Positions 1 through 13,260 of a stretch of 64,000 nt of DNA are shown here, piece after piece. Location: positions 95,356,001 to 95,420,000 of the forward strand of contig NC_091480.1 of the NCBI RefSeq assembly GCF_036971445.1, given 5' to 3'. The position numbers were made by a program, and so were the translations under genes. Origin of the DNA: Narcine bancroftii (lineage: Eukaryota). The notes beneath the pieces are model-generated. The model saw only the letters and a program-made list of their open reading frames with translations, ran no database searches and was not told where the DNA came from. Within the stretch, counting starts at the first letter, position 1; every line of letters starts with the position of its first letter.

Positions 1-473
1 TCATCTGGAAAACCCTGATGGGGCAGGTTTCTTTGGTCAGACACTGAAGTGGCTGATTAAAAAGGAATCAGTTGTAGGTGTCCAGTGTACAACAAATGTC
101 TCTCTGAAAACCGACAAGGACCTTCCTGAGCAGTAACCATTTAACATTCAAGCACCAAACCCTGGTGAATTTTATAAATGGTAAATTCTGTGCACAGTAT
201 AAGAATTGCCTGCAACCAGTAAACTTCGAGGAATGAGAAGTGAGATTGAACTGTGAACCAAATAACTTTTCTGAACTTACACACACATTACATACATGTG
301 CGCTTAGAATTAGAAGGGAGTTAAGTTGGGTTAGTTACGTCAATAGTGATAAGTTAAAGTGTGATTCTGTTTTCATGTTTAAAGATAATTAAAAGCAACT
401 TTTGTTTAAGTAACCATTTGTCTTGGTGACTATCTATTGCCACTGGGTTTTGGGGTCCTCTGTGCTCGTAACA
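1..473 (+). mobile_element. Solo-LTR-like repeat, 3' part (cut by window edge), copy 1
   Basis: Highly similar to 42140-42595 and 51975-52274 (aaaccctgatggggca...ctgggttttggggt...aca); ends in ACA, with ATTAAA near the end. Confidence 0.65.
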
Positions 474-806
474 CAACACACATGCATAATATATGCAATA
501 TATTAATATATGCAATAAAAACCCCACAATTCTTCATGGTGAATGTAGGGATCTTCAGTGCTCCTTATCTGAGCTATAGACAATTATTTATCCTGTAGCT
601 GTTTCAATATATTTTAAAAAAAGCAATGAAAATCATTACTCCCAGACTTGATTTGTTTCAAAGCCATTCAACTGTTTTAATTGTGTACTAATTATCTCAA
701 AAACAATACCACTCTGGGAATTTTGTCAGTGCCCTGACATTTGAGGTACAAAGGAGACTTTAGATGCTGGAATCTGGACCAAAAATACAATCTGGTGGAA
801 AAAAAA

Positions 807-1005
807 ACAGAAATGCTGGAGGAACTCAGCAGGTAAAGGATATATCACCGATATTTCGGGCCTGAACACTTCTTCACACCTCGAGGAAGGCCTCAGGCCC
901 AAAACATCGGTAAAATATCTTTACCTCCTCTGGATGCTGCGAGACCTGCTGAGTTCCTCCAGCATTTCTGTGTTTTCACAACTATCACAGCATCTGCAGA
1001 CATCC
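807..1005. mobile_element. Fold-back element made of two inverted Penelope-like 3' termini
   Basis: Perfect 28-bp inverted repeat acagaaatgctggaggaactcagcaggt (807-834) / acctgctgagttcctccagcatttctgt (944-971); arms match the PLE tail at 36630-36760. Confidence 0.7.
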
Positions 1006-1706
1006 ACGTTTTACTCCAATCTGCTAGAGGAACTCACCAGGACAAGGAGGAGCAGTATCAATATTTTGGGTCAGAACCCTTCATCAAGGCCCCAGACATC
1101 GGCCATTCATTTTCTCCCACTGATCAACCTGTTAATATCCTCCTGCAGATGGTCTTTTTGCTCTTGAAGATTTGATCAGCTGTTTTCACTCTTCCCCTGT
1201 TCTGGGCCATGTTAACTACTTCATGCTGAGCTTTTGTAATTCTTAACTCTGCATGTAATTCACCATTTTATCCGCCTTTCACTTGGTGGCATTTGTACTT
1301 CTCTAACAAGAAATCTTAACAACAGATATCTCACACGTTTTTCAGTCACCAGGGAAAATGGCCTGAGACCATAATGGACTCTCTACTTCGAAACTTCAAT
1401 CACTTCTTTCTGCCAATGTCACACATCGACAAATCGTTCATGAGCCTTTGAGGACCATTCCTGACCATTACAGCATGGAAGGTTGAACATGAAGATCTGT
1501 CAATCCTAACTCCCAAATACAGTTCAGATTGATAATTTTGCAATATCTTTCACCAACATGACAGGAAGGTTTTGATCAAAATACACTTGATTGCAATTTA
1601 AAATTCTTCTTCATTTGACCGTTTTATCAATAGAAGGTTTCATTGCTATTTCCCCATTAAAAAGTTTAATCATTGTTTTTGTTTTAATTTTTTTTTATTT
1701 TTTAAA

Positions 1707-1903
1707 AGAGATACAGCATGGTGACAACCCCTTCCGGATGAGGAGGCAGGAACGCTATATGTCTTTATAATGCAGGAGCAAATTGGAGCACCCAGGGAAA
1801 ACCATCACAGATACAGGGAGAATGTACAAACTCCTTACAGACAGCACCAGATATGAACACAGGTCACTGGCGCTGTAATAGCATTGCCCTAACCGTGGTG
1901 CCC
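1707..1903 (-). mobile_element. tRNA-derived V-SINE (HE1-like)
   Basis: Reverse complement of the SINE at 2122-2383 (ggagaatgtacaaactccttacagacagc core). Confidence 0.7.
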
Positions 1904-2121
1904 TTGTTATGCTGCAAAGTACCAGAATGCACTTCTCCTATCTTACTTGCAATGGTGATTTGATCCTTTTCTTAAAAGTCAATTTTTACTTGTGTAGTAT
2001 TTTCCTGCAATTAATAAACAACCCTGAACTTCTTAAGGCCAAGGCTCTCACAAGAAAAGTTTTAACCCCAAATTGCCACAAAGCTGCCTCCGATGTTTGT
2101 TGGCAAGTCCTTCAGTTCCAA

Positions 2122-2383
2122 GTGGCACAGTTGGGGTAGCGGTTAGCACAATGCTGTTACAGCACCAGTGATCGGGACTGGGGTTCAAATTCTGCACTGT
2201 CTCTAAGGAATTGGTACGTTCTCCCCGTGTCTGTGTGGGGTTTCCCCAGGGGCTCCAGTTTCCTCCCACCATTCGAAACATATCAGGGGTTGTAGGTTAA
2301 TTGAGCGTAATTGAGCATCATGGGCTTGTGGCCAAAATGGCCTTTTATTGCAGTGTATGTCTAAATTTAAATTTTTAATTTCT
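2122..2383 (+). mobile_element. tRNA-derived V-SINE (HE1-like), near full length
   Basis: A-box-like gtagcggttagc, B-box-like ggttcaaattc, central gttctccccgtgtctgtgtgggtttcc...tttcctcccac domain, tail atgtctaaatttaaatt; more than 10 copies in the window. Confidence 0.75.
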
Positions 2384-3939
2384 AAAACATCTGGATCGAT
2401 TGCTGCACCTCTTGCAGTTCAAAAGCAATGATGATCATCTTAAATCCATTGCACTTAAGAACACAAGAGGTTAATTTGCTATGCTGAAGCTTTCTAACTT
2501 CCCAAACCTCATGCAATTTTTTTCTCTTCAATCAAAAATTAGTCAGATCAATCAGGTCACCTCAAGAGTCTCACGCAAATCATTCAACGGTTGCAAATTC
2601 TTAATGTGAGGCACTCTCTAACCAGAATAAGAGATTCACTCATGATTTCTAACTTTAACCAGAATCGCACCAGATCTGAGAATTAAAGCCCTTTCTTGAT
2701 ACTAATATTAATTCATATTCACTGACATATGAAACAAGACATGAAAGACAAATTGGGACATAAAGCAGATGCTTGTAAAGAAGCCTGGTAAATTATAACA
2801 TCTTGCTATTCTTTCTTTCTTTTTTTTTTAAACTTTTTCTAATATTTATGAATGGGTATAACAGAATTTTAATTGCCCTCTTAATTGGCCTCAAGTCACT
2901 TTCTTATATTATGGCACGCCTTAAGGTGAAAGTACTTCCACAGAGCTATGAAATGAAGACCTCCAGGATGACACAATGGTGTAGCAGTTTTTGCTGATCC
3001 ATTACAGCTCTAGAAGCCCAGGTTCAATTCGGACAGTGGATGTTGATTGATTGGAATTTGCAAGTTCACCTGTGAGTTTCCTTCAGGTGATCCAGTTCCT
3101 TGCCTCATCCCAAAACTGTATCAAAAAGCGGCTATTGTAAATTACCCCTATTTAAATGAAAAAAAAATTAAAGAACAGGTTGTAGTTGTACAAAGAAATA
3201 AGGATGGGGGAAATGGGAAAAATGGGTTTGATCCTTGGAGGTCGATTTATCCAAAGGTCTGAAAGGACTATGTTTTGTTATTAGGTATATGATTTAGTCA
3301 GCGCCAATTATAGAAAAGATATATTTCAATTTCTTGATAGTGATCTTGAGGGGGAGTTGTAAGTGATAGTTTTCCCAGGCACACGCATCTTTTCTTAATG
3401 CATAAAAAAATAATTGTTTAAATTTAATATCCCAATAATTTTAAAACCACGTTGTAACCACACACTGTAAGATCCAAACCATCCTATTATCTTTGAGATT
3501 AAAAAAAAACTAACATTGAAGTAACTGCAAAAATTTCATAGGTTAAATCATACTCAAATAATTTTTTTTAAAATCACAGGAATGTACAAGTTATTTAATT
3601 CGATGTGCAAGTTTGGACGGTGAACAATGAAGGCAAGCCAATAATGAAGTTACAACTTTTAATTTTAAACAGAGCGGTGACTAATCTTGAACCCAACCAC
3701 ATCACCATTTTGGAGCTGTACTTTCACACAAGGAAAGCTAAGTAAAACAATCAGGAACACTTTCTCTCAATTTGAATCTCAGTTTCTTTTCATATTAAAA
3801 TTTCCTTGCAATAAAAAAAAGGAGAAAATTGAATTGAAAATATTGGCCAATTACCCTCATTTACGGTTTGAATAAATTCAAATGAATTATCAAAAAATAG
3901 TTAGAAAATCGTGATCAAATCAAGCAAAGTGTTTAAAAA

Positions 3940-4300
3940 TAACCCCTTTCAACTTTTGCCATCTCATCTTAATTCTATCCCCCTATTTGATATTTCCACC
4001 CTAAATGTCGCTCTGCCCTAACGATGCCTCTCATAATGTTATATGTTTGTTCCTTCTTCATTTGAAGCTCAAGAGAAAATAATCCAAGTTTGCCCAACCT
4101 CTTGGAGTTAATGCTCATTAATCCAGGCAACATCCCAGAGAACCTCTTTTGAACTCTGTCCAAAGCCTCCTCCACGTTCCTTTAATCCAAAACCAGACCC
4201 CACATAATACTCCAAACCAACGTTTACACATTTGTAACATGGCTTGCCAAATTTTATACTCAATACCCCAACTTATGCTACGTGTCTTCTTCATTACCAG
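3940..4300 (-). mobile_element. CR1 LINE ORF2 3' fragment, degraded
   Basis: ORF 3975-4175 (ALDRVQKRFSGMLPGL...RLGKLGLFSLE) is a typical CR1 C-terminal signature. Confidence 0.7.
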
Positions 4301-4630
4301 ATCACAGAGCCAAACATTTGTCTAGTCGTCTTTACATCCATGAACTCTTCTATTTCCTGAAAGGTAAGAGGAGCTGCAATGCATACAACTGGTTTATTGG
4401 CTAGAGTTCCACCCCAATCATTTCATCTGCATGTTTCACCTCCTCTACTCTTGCTTACATCTGCTGAACAGAGAGCGATGGAAATATTGTACATCATTAA
4501 AAGATCATATTACTCACACAACAATCTTTAAGTGCAAGTTATTTGCTAAAATAAAGAAAATAGAAATGTCATAATTTTTTAAATTTTATATTTTTAATTT
4601 TATTATCTTTATATATTAAAATTTTTTTAT

Positions 4631-4793
4631 NNNNNNNNNNNNNNNNNNNNNNNNNNNNNNNNNNNNNNNNNNNNNNNNNNNNNNNNNNNNNNNNNNNNNN
4701 NNNNNNNNNNNNNNNNNNNNNNNNNNNNNNNNNNNNNNNNNNNNNNNNNNNNNNNNNNNNNNNNNNNNNNNNNNNNNNNNNNNNNNNNNNNNN
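4631..4793. other. Assembly gap (N run)
   Basis: 163 N. Confidence 1.
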
Positions 4794-5330
4794 TGGCTTC
4801 GCGGACAAAGATTTATGGAGGGGGTAAAAGTCCACGTCAGCTGCAGGCGCGTTTGTGGCTGACAAGTCCGATGCGGGACAGGCAGACACGGTTGCAGCGG
4901 CTGCAGGGGAAAATTGGTTGGTTGGGGTTGAGTGTTGGGTTTATCCTCCTTTGCCTTTTGTCAGTGAGGTGGGCTCTGTGGTCTTCTTCAAAGGAGGTTG
5001 CTGCCCGCCAAACTGTGAGGCGCCAAGATGCACGGTTTGAGGCGAGATCAGCCCACTGGCGGTGGTCAATGTGGCAGGCAGCAAGAGATTTCTTTAGGCA
5101 GTCCTTGTACCTTTTTTTTGGTGCACCTCTGTCACGGTGGCCAGTGGAGAGCTCGCCATATAACACAATCTTGGGAAGGCGATGGTCCTCCATTCTGGAG
5201 ACGTGACCCACCCAGCGCAGCTGGATCTTCAGCAGCGTGGACTCGATGCTGTTGACCTCTGCCATCTCGAGTACTTCGACGTTAGGGATGAAAGCGCTCC
5301 AATGGATGTTGAGGATGGAGCGGAGACAAC
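4794..5330 (-). mobile_element. RTE-clade LINE, 5'-truncated 3' end
   Basis: ORF 4837-5265: QLRWVGHVSRMEDHRLPKIVLYGEL...RGAPKKRYKDCLK...FPCSRCNRVC...LVSH (RTE C-terminus with zinc finger); near-identical copies at 38779 and 61960. Confidence 0.85.
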
Positions 5331-5342
5331 GCTATATGTATG

Positions 5343-5347
<5 letters not shown>

Positions 5348-5374
<27 letters not shown>
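5348..5374. repeat. (TA)n microsatellite
   Basis: Directly visible. Confidence 0.95.
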
Positions 5375-5380
<6 letters not shown>

Positions 5381-5426
5381 ATATCCAAAAGGTTACTTCA
5401 CAGAAGAATGACATTTGGCCTATCAA

Positions 5427-5645
5427 GGGGCAGCAGTTTCTGTAGTGGTTAGCATTAGCACAATGCTATTCCAGCGCCAGCGTTCAGAATTAGGGTCCGA
5501 ATCCTACGTTCTCCCCATGTCTGCATGGGTTTCCTCCCACCGTTCGAAATGTACCAGGGGTTGTAGGTTAAATGGGTGTTATTGGGTGGTACAGGCGTGT
5601 AGGCTGAAATGGCCTGTAACCGTGCTGTCTGTCTAAATTTAAAAA
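5427..5645 (+). mobile_element. V-SINE copy
   Basis: Similar to 2122-2383. Confidence 0.7.
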
Positions 5646-6739
5646 GTCCTTGCTGGCACGACACAAGTGGAAATCCTCCTCTCATCCAATAGCCTTCCAA
5701 TTTGGGTTTTACAATAAGAATCTCCTGTTACACGGAGCAGTGAGAATGCAGCACCGCCAACCTTAACAGCTCTGGATGAATCCATCAAAATTGATGATGG
5801 GGCACAGCACAGTGTACAACCTGATCTTGAGGAGGGGACGAGTCCTTGCACAGCCCATATGACTAGGTGCATGGGCAAGATGAACAAACAGCAGACACAA
5901 TCTCGATCCCCCTTAGGAGTCCGCTCAAAGTTTATGGGCAGTCAAGTATTTCTCTCCTACTGACTACATAATTTAAAAAAGTTCCAGGCCCCATTAAATA
6001 TTCTGTGGCTCCCAAGAGGGCCATTTGGCCCCATCGAGAATGGCCACCCAGATAAAACAAGACCAGACTGGTCTTAAGTGATACGAGAAACTTAGCCATA
6101 ATTCCCAATTCCCCACAATCGCATACTCCTTTTTCTTTGTCACTTTCTGAAACACTAAAAACTTTCTTAAAGTGCACCTTTTAAGTAAAGTTTTAAAAAC
6201 CAATTATAGTATAAATTTTGGAAGAGAACACAATAATCCTGAGAAATACAGAAACTGCCGATTCTGGAATTTTAAGTGAATAGTGAGAAATCGGGGGGAC
6301 AGTGGGTCAAGCAGCATTGAAATGGACAATGTTTAATGTCAGACCCTTTAGTGAGGCTCAGTCATCCTTGCGGAGTCTCTCAGTACCTGCCCGACTATTT
6401 CCACATCTCTAACACAGTGGATAATCTGGTTCCTTCTCGCATCCCAAAGGGGTATGACAGTAAGTCTATTGGTTACTGTAATTTACCTCGGGTGGGGCAG
6501 ATGGGTGGTAGGGGAAATCAATATTAGATCAGAAGGGCACACAAGAGAGAATAGATTACAGGAAAAAAAAAATCAGAACAGGATTGATAGGATGCCAAAG
6601 GATTAGTATAGACCAAATGGCCTCTTTCTTTCTCATAAAGAAAATAAAATGAGGAAGGCCAAGCAGGTGATATCTTTCACACAAGCTTTTATTCTTCAGC
6701 ACAGAGAACTGTCGATGACTAGAATTTTAAATGTGTAAG

Positions 6740-7000
6740 ACCACAAGACAGGAGAAGAATTAGGCCATTCGGCTCATCAAGTCTGCTCAATCATTCAAAT
6801 CATAGCTGATGTAGTTTTCCTCTCAACCCCATTCTCCTGCCTTCATCCCCATACTCTTTGACGCCATTGCTAATCAGCTTCGAGTACACCAAATGGCTTA
6901 GCCTCCACAGCCAAATGTGGGAATGAATTCCACAGATTCACCATCTGGCTGAAGAAACTTCTCATCTCTGTTCTACGGGTATGTCCAGCCCTTTCAATAT
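6740..7000 (-). mobile_element. CR1 3' end fragment
   Basis: ggccattcggctcatc...ctcaaccccattctcctgccttc...gaattccacagattcacc; reverse complement resembles the CR1 tail at 19020-19310. Confidence 0.55.
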
Positions 7001-7499
7001 TCTGTAAAATGTGAACAATTTCACAAGCAGGCCACGTGAAGTAACCCAAAAACTAACCTGCATTTCATGATCTTCTTAAATGATGCCATTGCCATCAGTA
7101 CAGGGAGACCCATTCCAAATCAACACCCATCAGTTCAACCTTGCAGGCCATAATTTGCTTGCTGTGTGTGGCCAACACAGCTTCTCTAATAAGTGTACAC
7201 ACAACTTGAATACTGCAAGAACTCTGCAATAACAGCCAATAAAACAGGTCATAGAGAGCTTAATTTTTCACATGTAGCAACTAATTGTTTGTGATTGTCA
7301 AAGTATAGATTTTTTCATCAATCTGGGAAAATCATACTTAAAAATTTAGAAATAAAAACATTGGTAAAACTACAGCTGTAGCAAGTAGACATTAAATATT
7401 AAAAAGATAAACTTCCTAAGATTTGCAACTTGTTTTCAAGAATATGGCGTAACCTTTAAAGCTGCATTGATAGTTAACAGAAAAAAAAACCAGTCATTA

Positions 7500-7719
7500 A
7501 TACCCCTGGGGACAGAGTCCTTCCTGTTTCGGCTAAAATTAATTGCGGAAGAAATTGCATTCAGCAATACAATTACATCTCACCAATAGGAGAGGTGGTT
7601 TGTAAAAACAGATTTGAAGTTTTTTTGATTAAAATAAGTTGTCTAAGATAGCTGCCGACAAGGCTCGACTACTCACAAGCAGCAAGATTGATCATTACAT
7701 ACATTGATCCGATTACTTA
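7500..7719 (+). promoter_or_regulatory. Putative TATA-less B-cell promoter of CD79B
   Basis: EBF-like CCCCTGGGGA 7503-7512, Ets/IRF-like CTTCCTGTTTC 7520-7530, PU.1/Ets-like GCGGAAG 7545-7551, octamer variant AATTGCAT 7553-7560, CCAAT 7583-7587, all within about 220 bp of the ATG. Confidence 0.55.
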
Positions 7720-7786
7720 ATGGCTTCCTTTTCTGGTAAATTATGGCCAATACTAAACATAATGTTTATGCTCACCATTGCAATTG
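7720..7786 (+). CDS. CD79B: CD79B coding exon 1 (signal peptide MASFSGKLWPILNIMFMLTIAI-G)
   Basis: ATG, hydrophobic leader, consensus donor G|gtaagt, phase 1, joins the Ig exon in frame. Confidence 0.8.
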
Positions 7787-8684
7787 GTAAGTGCCTCTTT
7801 CTTTATTTCTAATGTATCACCGTCATTTCAAAATGAAATGCTGTATGACAAGCACTTCGACGTCCTCTCAGAGGTGAAACAGCATGAGTTGTTACAAGTT
7901 TATTGTGTAACCTAATCTACGTATGTTTATAAGTTGACATCACTGTCTTTCTGCATATGGATCTGCAGCTCAGTGTTTAGTCAGTCAAGTTCACGAATGG
8001 TGACATACACAATGTTGAGTGTTTGGCTCAAGAGAGAATGAGAGAAGTCAGAACTAAGCATTTACCAAGCAACTTGTCTGCACAAGGCAAAGCTGTCCAG
8101 ATATAAACACAGGAAATACAGGCAGTAGACATCAGCTCAGATAGCATTTATAAAGAGGTATTTTTGGCTGCTCTAATCAATGTCTCTTGCATTCTGGCTG
8201 ATTAATAAATGCCAAACTTCAAACTTTTCCAAGTTTCCTTATTTCTGTTATTATAAATGTGCCCTGCCCCTTTTTGCTGAGGTACAACATGAGCCTTGTT
8301 TGTCCCTGGGGCAGTAAGCGATTTCCATGGCTTTCTCGATGCCCATTCATTTGTATTTCTTTGCAAGCAATTCAAAGTTCGATATGAACATTGAAGAGCA
8401 CATACGAAAATAGACAATAGAAACATTGGTGTTTATATGAGATTTTTCACATTCCTTCGGATGTTATGAAATGTTTTACGGCGAGTGAAGTACCTTCTGA
8501 ATTATGACTACCGTTTTAATGTATAAATCAAAGTCCCAATGAACACCAACTACTGTAAAAGTTCTATTGTGTGCAACAATACCTTACGCCCTGCACAATC
8601 GATGTAAAAATGGCAGCAGCTCTGCATGCATACAAATGGAGGTAAACATGAACATACACAGGTTTTGGGGTAGAATGCAGCATA

Positions 8685-8853
8685 CAAGAGTGCTGCAAAA
8701 CTCAGTAGGTCACGTAGCATCCATTGGAAGGAAAAAGCAGTCAACACTTCGGGTCTGCACATTCACAACGTCGGGCTCAGGCTGGAAACACTGACTGCCT
8801 TTTCCTTCCTATGGATGCTGTGTGCCCTGCTGAGTTTTCCAGCACCTCTGTGT
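8685..8853. mobile_element. Fold-back PLE-terminus element
   Basis: Inverted arms gtgctgcaaaactcagtagg...gcatccattggaaggaaaaagcagtca / tgactgcctttttccttcctatggatgc...cctgctgagttttccagcac. Confidence 0.65.
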
Positions 8854-9169
8854 ATTGCACTGCATGCCCCCTCTGCAATTTTCTAGAAAAAACATAAACT
8901 TAGGAATTTGTCTGGACTTGGAATGCAGGATCCAGCTTCAGCTGAAGTCACACAGCCTGTTTGCATCTGATTTGCCATCAGGAAATTCAGCAATGAATCA
9001 AGGACTCGAAAAATGTCGGAAGGTTCTAATTACTTGTATCTCACGGGTATGTTCTTCTTTCTTGAGCCCAATATGGTGATTCCTGCCTTTTTGGAGCAAT
9101 ATCCCCGTTAGTTGTCATGGAAAGGACATAACCATCTAGCACTTAAGAGCAAATCTGCTCCAAATCAAT

Positions 9170-9375
9170 ATGTCAGCACAGTATTATGGTGCCGGCTACC
9201 CGGGTTTGAATCCATCACTGTACATTCTCCCTATGACCTGAGTGTGTTTTATCTGGGTGCTCCAGTTTCCACTCACCTTCCAAAAACGTATAGGTTGGTC
9301 ATTTAATAGGGTGTAATTGGACGTCACACATTTCAATGGCCAGAATCGGCTTCTACCGAGCTGTAAATAAATTCA
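9170..9375 (+). mobile_element. V-SINE copy, degraded
   Basis: Similar to 2122-2383. Confidence 0.55.
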
Positions 9376-12300
9376 AAACGGTACATCACATCAGAAGCCA
9401 TTGCATGAAAAGCTCCTGCTGTCGTGAAACACAAGCCTACAAAGTTTCCACTTTCAGTGCAACGTCCACCAAATACCCTGCCTCTGGGCTTAATTATGCT
9501 GAAGGCCCCAGGCTTCATGATTCAAAAGTACACAAGGCATTGTTGGCGAAAATGCACTTCCGTACTTTGTTGTTTTATAGAGTATTTCAAAGCAAGCATT
9601 TATTGGAGCTTCAGTTGAACAATTTACCAACAATACAGGACTCCTTCACTGAGGTATTGGAGTGGTAGCTAGATTTTTAAGACTCTTCAGCTATTTGACC
9701 TGAACTCACCACCTTTTGATTCAGTGATAAAATACCTTGAACGGAGACAGAAGATTTACCTGGATAAACAAATTAAACTTTTCCCATACCTCTTTCTATG
9801 CTTTAACTGTGTGGAGATATAACACTAGCTTAAATCTGTTTGTCTCCCTAAATTATATTTGTTTTGATCAGAGAGCTTTGCTTCTCTTCCACTGAAAATT
9901 TGTTTTGAAATTGTCAGCACGTGTGAGGATTATTTCCTACGTGGAGATCTCTACTCCAAAAGATGGCTGGTTAATAAAATATCAACCTCAATTCATAGTA
10001 TTTCTCCTAAAATATTCTTCATTGTTTGCTTGTATTAAGTAGATTTTAAGGTTTGGGCATATTTACTGCTCACCACCAATGAGTGAATAACAAAGGGATC
10101 ATTTTCAGAACATAAAAGTGCTCTTTGCAATTTTCCACCTCACTGTGAAATATCGACCAAGCACACACCAGCCAATCAATGTGCAGAGGAGAAATATCCA
10201 GGTTTTTATTTCCTTCTATTTATTAGAAAATTGGCCTTTAAACCAGCAACAAACATTTAAAATTGTAATACAGGCCAACCCAGGGTTACCACTGTCCAAC
10301 GCAAATCATAACCAATTGAAAAAAAGAATGGTTGAAAAATTATTTTGAGTTCCTCCAGCAGATTATGTTTTGCTTGAGATTCCAGGATCTGCCGTCTCCT
10401 GTTTCTAACGTCCATCTTATGGACCCCTGCAAATACGAACAAACTTCCATGTTACTCAATTGAAAAGTCCAATGTAGATACACGTTCATTTCTATGACTA
10501 AGAGAAGTAGTTTTCTCTCCCTCTCCACCTTTAGTAATTGTTACTTCTGATAAATTTTGTACTTTTGATGCCATTCACTACAATAATGTGGAGGCATACT
10601 TACAATATTAAGTGGTTTCTGGACATTTTTTGGACTTGACTATATAGACATGAACCTCAGTTTTAATAAAAGGAACCTATTCATTAGCTGATGATGGCCT
10701 CTATGCTTGACTGCCAAACTTTCATTGGATCCAAACACATCTGGGATATAAAGGAAGGCTGACTGACTTTCCAGGACTAAATGTAATACCTGCTGTACAA
10801 AATAAACAGGTAGGGGAAGAGAAAAAGGACTGAAACATTCACGAATTTAAAATGACAATCCAAGTAAAACAGCCACACGTCTCTCAAAGTTGTCCCTGGA
10901 ACAGCCACCGATCACATTTATCTTTGCCACCCACTGTACTTTCTAACATCTCAGGCTGTTAGAATCGCATTCTGAGTGAATCTGGTAAAAAACTTTTTTT
11001 TTTTTTTTTTTTGCAAGGTTCCTTGAATTTAGATTAAGTTGACACCCCCAGAAACGCACTACAAACTTATTTTGGAGTCCTCAGAATGTGGAAGAACGAG
11101 GTGCTTAAAATGTTAAAAAGAAAGTTTCTCAGAATGAGGAATCAAAACCTACCAGCTGTTTCAGCCCCTCTCCCTCAAGATGAACCAATAAGAAAATAGG
11201 TTTAAAATTGTTTTTTTCTGCTTTAGATCCCATGTTTCTGAGCTTAGAGCTCAAACTTGCATAAAAATAAATCAGGAAGTACTTTCCACCCTCCCCCCCC
11301 TCCACTGCAGAGTTCTGGAAATTTTTACAATTTGCTTCTCCAAAAAGCTGAAATTGATGGGGCAATTGGAGTTTGATGAACCAACGAAATGTTCAATAAT
11401 TGCATCCAGAGGCGAAAGGAAAGAAATGGGATTTAGGTACAACCCAAACATGGTCTAATTCAATGCTTCCCAGTCTTGGTTTCGCAAATAAATAATCAAA
11501 AAGTTGCAAAGTTACTTGATTGGTATCCAAACACAAACTTAGGACATGTTGACTTCATCAAATGGGGGAATGCAAAATATCTCCAGTGTTTAATTGGCAT
11601 TACAGGATAAAAGTGGAAAGCACAAATCCACTTGGTGAAACAGTTTCTCAGGGCTCAATAACCTACTCCCATATCTAGTCTTTTCTCACTAAATCACTCA
11701 AGTATTGAAATGTCATGAGACATATATTCGAGAACAGGGCTCTGACTAAATTTCCAGCAAGACGTCACAATAAATGGTGAAATATCTGCATCTTGAATGT
11801 TATGATGAATATTTCAACATGAAAAAGTTCCAGTGGCAGCAAGTGGGATGATACTGCAGTGGACAAAGGATGCACATGCTGATTTGCAAAGTACATATCG
11901 CTGAAAATGGCAAACATTTCCCCACAACTTTTTGAGGCATGTTAGATTAGATACATGGTGTTTCAATTTTAGCATAGCTCAGTAAACAGTGATTCCTGTT
12001 CATTTGGACAGGAAGCCACAGATATCTCTGTGCAGCACAAGTTCTAAAGAGTTCCTGTCTCAACAGTTTTAACTTTTTTCTACCTTTGGGACCAAGCTTC
12101 ATTGCTTCTTCTGCCCAAGGGTTTCATGATCTCAAGGCCTTCGTGATCTCAAGGCCAAGCTGAGTGAGCTGTTCAAACGATTTCCCTGATTCCTAGCTAA
12201 TTTCCAATTGCTGAAAATCACGGCAGAACTCCATGAATAGAAAGGAATTGTCAGTATGGTAGCATACCCCTGTTAAAATTGAAGTTTGTTGTAGGGTTAG

Positions 12301-12548
12301 TTTTGGAAGTGCAACACCCAAAAGTGCTGGAGAAACTCAGCAGGTCACACAGCATAGATCTTACAGATGCTGCATGAAGGGTCTGAAGACTTTTTTGTTA
12401 ACCATATAAGCTCGTATAACAGTCAATCCATGTAAAAGTTGATGCTTTTTTATAGCTTAAAAATCATTTTTCCATATATTCTATCTAAAAATAGACCCCT
12501 TTATTTTTGGCTCTGAATACCTGCCCATCTGAGCTCCTGATGCCCCAT

Positions 12549-12793
12549 CCATGGATCCTCAACCCAGCCACCGGAGCTTCAAATTCCTCAACCGTGGGAC
12601 CTCGCCCTGGCCGCTGGCCTATCGGATCTCCCAACGACCCGACCACAGATCCTCTCCTAGGCCGCTGGCCCAATGGACCTCCCAACACCTCAACCGCGGA
12701 TCCTCACCCTGGCTGCCCACCCATCAGAGCTTCCAACCCTCCAACCACAGATCCTTGCCTTGGCTGCCATCCCACTAGAGTTCCCAATCCCCC
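12549..12793 (+). repeat. Degenerate 51-bp minisatellite (about 4.5 copies)
   Basis: ccrcrgatcctc...tggcygc motif recurs at 12592, 12643, 12694, 12745; 17-aa periodicity in ORF 12507-12854. Confidence 0.8.
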
Positions 12794-12824
12794 GAATGCT
12801 GGGGAAGAAGGGGCTGGGAGTTTT

Positions 12825-13260
12825 GGCTCTCCACTCAGCTCTGGATCATCTTGAAAACAGCAATTCATACATCGACTACAGCTCAGCCTTCAATACCGTG
12901 ATGGTCAAGAAGCTACAAGCTCTAGGCCTCTGTATCCCCCCTGCAAATGGATCCTTGACTTTCTCTTTGGAAGACCACAGTCAGTACAAAATGGAAACAA
13001 CATCTCCTCCTCACTGATCATCAACACAGGCGCACCCCAAGGATACGTGCTTAGTCCACTGCTCTACTCGTTATACACCCAAAACTGTATGGCCAGGCAC
13101 AATTCCAAAGCCATCTACAAGTTTGCCAATGACATCACAGTTTCTGGCAGAATCACAAATGGCAATGAAGAAGTGTACAGGAGGGAGATCGATCAGTTCG
13201 TTGCATGGGGGAACATCCTTGTGCTCAACGTCAACAAAACCAAGGAGATGATTGTGATTT
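12825..13260 (+). mobile_element. Rex1/Babar-type LINE reverse transcriptase fragment
   Basis: [54 protein letters not shown]; frameshifted. Confidence 0.8.

Noticed and set aside
2122-2200. tRNA genes at SINE heads
   Set aside because: A/B-box-like motifs are present but there is no cloverleaf, and the sequence continues into the SINE body.
1-7400. Terminal exons of an upstream gene such as SCN4A
   Set aside because: No recognisable coding sequence; the region is repeats and AT-rich DNA.
12507-12854. Proline-rich 115-aa ORF
   Set aside because: Translation of the 51-bp minisatellite; no ATG-led or spliced gene structure.
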